NCBI GenBank assembly: GCA_965645245.1
Contig: OZ287067.1
Location: 620,001 to 684,000, forward strand
Length of the DNA: 64,000 nucleotides
Direction of reading: 5' to 3'
From: Massalongia carnosa
Taxonomy: Eukaryota
Below, piece after piece: positions 61,497-64,000 of this stretch (positions within the stretch are counted from its first letter, which is position 1; each line of letters starts with the position of its first letter). A model generated the notes under the pieces. It saw only the letters and a program-made list of their open reading frames with translations, did not search any database and was not told the origin of the DNA. A program made the translations under genes and the position numbers.

Positions 61497-63320
61497 ATGT
61501 CTCTTTCAATACCCAGTGCGCCGAATAGTGGCCTTTTTAAGCAAGGCTACCAAAAGCACGTAATAAAAAGTTCAAGCTCCGAAGTAGAGCACTACTAACA
61601 TTTTCATATCTGTAGCTACGAATCCGAAGATGGTGCCGTGATTCGCAATATAGAGGCATGTCGCGCCATAGCGCAAACTGTTCAAACTTCCCTCGGTCCA
61701 TATGGGTGCAACAAAATTGTCATCAACCACTTACAAAAAATGATTTTAACCTCTGACGCCGCCTCCATTCTGCGAGAGCTTGATGTGGTTCATCCCGCCG
61801 CGAAATTGATAGTCATGGCGAGTCAGCAGCAAGAGGCGGAAATGGGTGATGCGACGAATATGGTCATTGTCTTAGCAGGAGAATTACTGAAGAAGGCCGA
61901 AGAGCTTTTGAGGATGGGGCTAAAGACCAGTGATGTGGTGCGGGGCTTTGAGAGGGCCCAGAACGAGGCTTTGAGGTGTTTGAACCGTGCGTATACTCTA
62001 CCTACAATTACAAAAGCTGTGGTGTACATAGAATGTGCTGACTGTGTCTCAGAATTGGTGGTGGATGAAGTTAAGGATATAAGATCACACACGGAACTCA
62101 CCAAAGCAATACGAACGGTAGTGGCCTCGAAGCAGAGTGGAAGTGAAGACTTTCTCGCAGGATTAGTTGCCGAAGCTGTCTTAGCTGTGCTCCCCAAGCA
62201 ACCTGCCAACTTCAACGTTGACAACATTCGCGTCGTGAAGATAATGGGCGGAAGCTTGGAGCAAAGCAAAGTAGTTAAAGGCATGGTCTTCGGCCGCGAA
62301 CCCGACGGCTCCATCAAGAAGGCTAAAAAGGCAAAGGTTGGGGTTTTCTCTTGTCCTATCGACATCAGCCAAACTGAAACCAAAGGCACTGTACTCCTGC
62401 ATAATGCCAAGGAAATGCTCGACTTCACCGCAGGCGAAGAATCTCAACTTGAGAATATCATCAAAGAACTGCACGATTCTGGGCTGCGCGTTCTCGTTGC
62501 CGGCTCCAACGTGGGTGAACTTGCCTTGCATTACCTTAACCGCTACTCTATCCTTGTAGTTAAGGTTCTCTCCAAATTCGAGCTGCGCCGTCTCTGCCGA
62601 GTCGTCGGCGCCACCCCTTTAGCCCGCCTAGGCGCGCCCATGCCTGACGAGATGGGGAAAGTTGACGTGGTTGAAACTCTCGAGATAGGAGGCGACCGTG
62701 TTACGGTCTTCCGGCAGGAAAATGACGCGACCCGTACGGCTACGCTGGTGATCCGTGGCGCGACGCAGAATCATTTGGATGACATCGAACGCGCCATAGA
62801 CGATGGTGTCAACGTCGTCAAGGCCATCACGAAAGATCCGAAGCTCGTTCCTGGCGCTGGTGCGACGGAGATGCAGCTGATCGCGCGCGTGTCGGCGTTT
62901 GGCGAGAAGACGCCGGAATTGTCACAATACGCAATTAAGAAGTATGCCGAGGCCTTTGAGGTGATCCCACGCACGTTGGCTGAGTCGGCCGGGTTGGACG
63001 CCACGGAGGTGCTGGCGACGCTGTATGCCGCGCATCACAACGCCGCTTCCGTGGGTAGCGACGACGAGAATGACGATGATGAAGAAGACGAGGATGAGGA
63101 CGAGTGGACGCTCGGCGTCGACATTGAGAACGAAGACGGCACGGGCACGCTGGACGCCAAGGACGAAGGTATTCTTGACCTGCTGGTTAGTAAGCAGTGG
63201 GCCATTCGGCTGGCAACGGAGGCGGCACGTACGGTGCTGAGCGTAGATCAGATTATTGTGGCGAGGCAAGCTGGCGGTCCGAAACCGCCGGGGCCGAACC
63301 CGAATTGGGATGAGGACTGA
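61497..63320 (+). CDS. CCT8: Chaperonin CCT/TRiC theta subunit
   Basis: MSLSIP..GLFKQGY, EDGAVIRNIEAC, GDATN, LSKFELRRLCR and QIIVARQAGGPKPP..WDED; GC-AG intron 61556-61615 and in-frame intron 61987-62052. Confidence 0.96.
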
Positions 63321-64000
63321 GTAGAGATGAGGGAGAGATTTGGGGGGGTTAGGGTTGATAAGATGATTGGCTTTGTGATACCAAGGTAGCATAGATTTTT
63401 TCGAGAAAAAAAACGGCCGATTTAACTTCTTCCAATTGAGATATTCATATTAGAGACATTTCTGTCTATGTTCTCTCTGTCATTCCTTCTACCGACCAAC
63501 CCCCCATCCTGGGTTCTCCCCTACCTCTCTCCATTTCTTTACTCGCCACTTATGTAGGTATAGGGGAAAGAACACATCATAAAACGAAAAATGATGTGGG
63601 GGAGGTTTTCTCGGTAAGGGTGGTAGTGAAATAGATTACAGGAACGACGCACAGCGAACAGGTGAGGGGAAGGGGGGCTAGGAGAAGGTGGGGTGAGCGG
63701 GAGGATAGGAAGCTTGGGAGGGATAGAGAACTTTACGATATGGATGTAGAATATCGTTTGGTGGGGGGGAAGGGGGTGGAACGTTAGTTAGACGGACGAG
63801 GAGATACTGAGAAATAATTGAGGAATTGGGATATCTGCAACAAACGAATGAGTAGATGAATAAGCCAGAGAATTAACGAGACCTACATTTTTCAGTACCC
63901 TAGAGTGAGGCACAAAAAGAAGGAAGGAGGTAAAAAATTCTCTCCTACAACTACCTATCTACGGGCTGAACGGGGCGAGCATTGAATATTGCTATTCAAA

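Overview
Gene-dense chromosomal DNA from a filamentous ascomycete (Pezizomycotina; short introns with CTAAC/CTGAC branch sites). It holds about 17 host genes: SIN1 (partial), a PRCC-domain gene, midasin MDN1, a CLC chloride transporter, PRO3, CTK3, mitochondrial bL12, a neurochondrin-like gene, a ZIP9/ATX2 transporter, HAT1, PDA1, a small membrane protein, a VelC-like velvet gene, CTP synthase, a RING/RS protein, a mitochondrial phosphate carrier and CCT8. Four transposons sit in divergent promoter regions: two related piggyBac-like elements, one intact Fot1/pogo element and one 5'-truncated Tad-like LINE with a 16-bp TSD. Highlights: (1) all three visible piggyBac-like termini read TA|TCCCT rather than TTAA|CCC, suggesting a TA-targeting piggyBac lineage; (2) an apparently obligatory U2-type AT-AC intron in CTP synthase, plus three GC-AG introns; (3) a pogo element whose 85-bp TIR resolves into a 44-bp inner TIR inside a perfect palindrome; (4) a recurrent C-rich to G-rich sense-strand switch near gene 3' ends. 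All calls come from reading the sequence by eye; no database searches were run.
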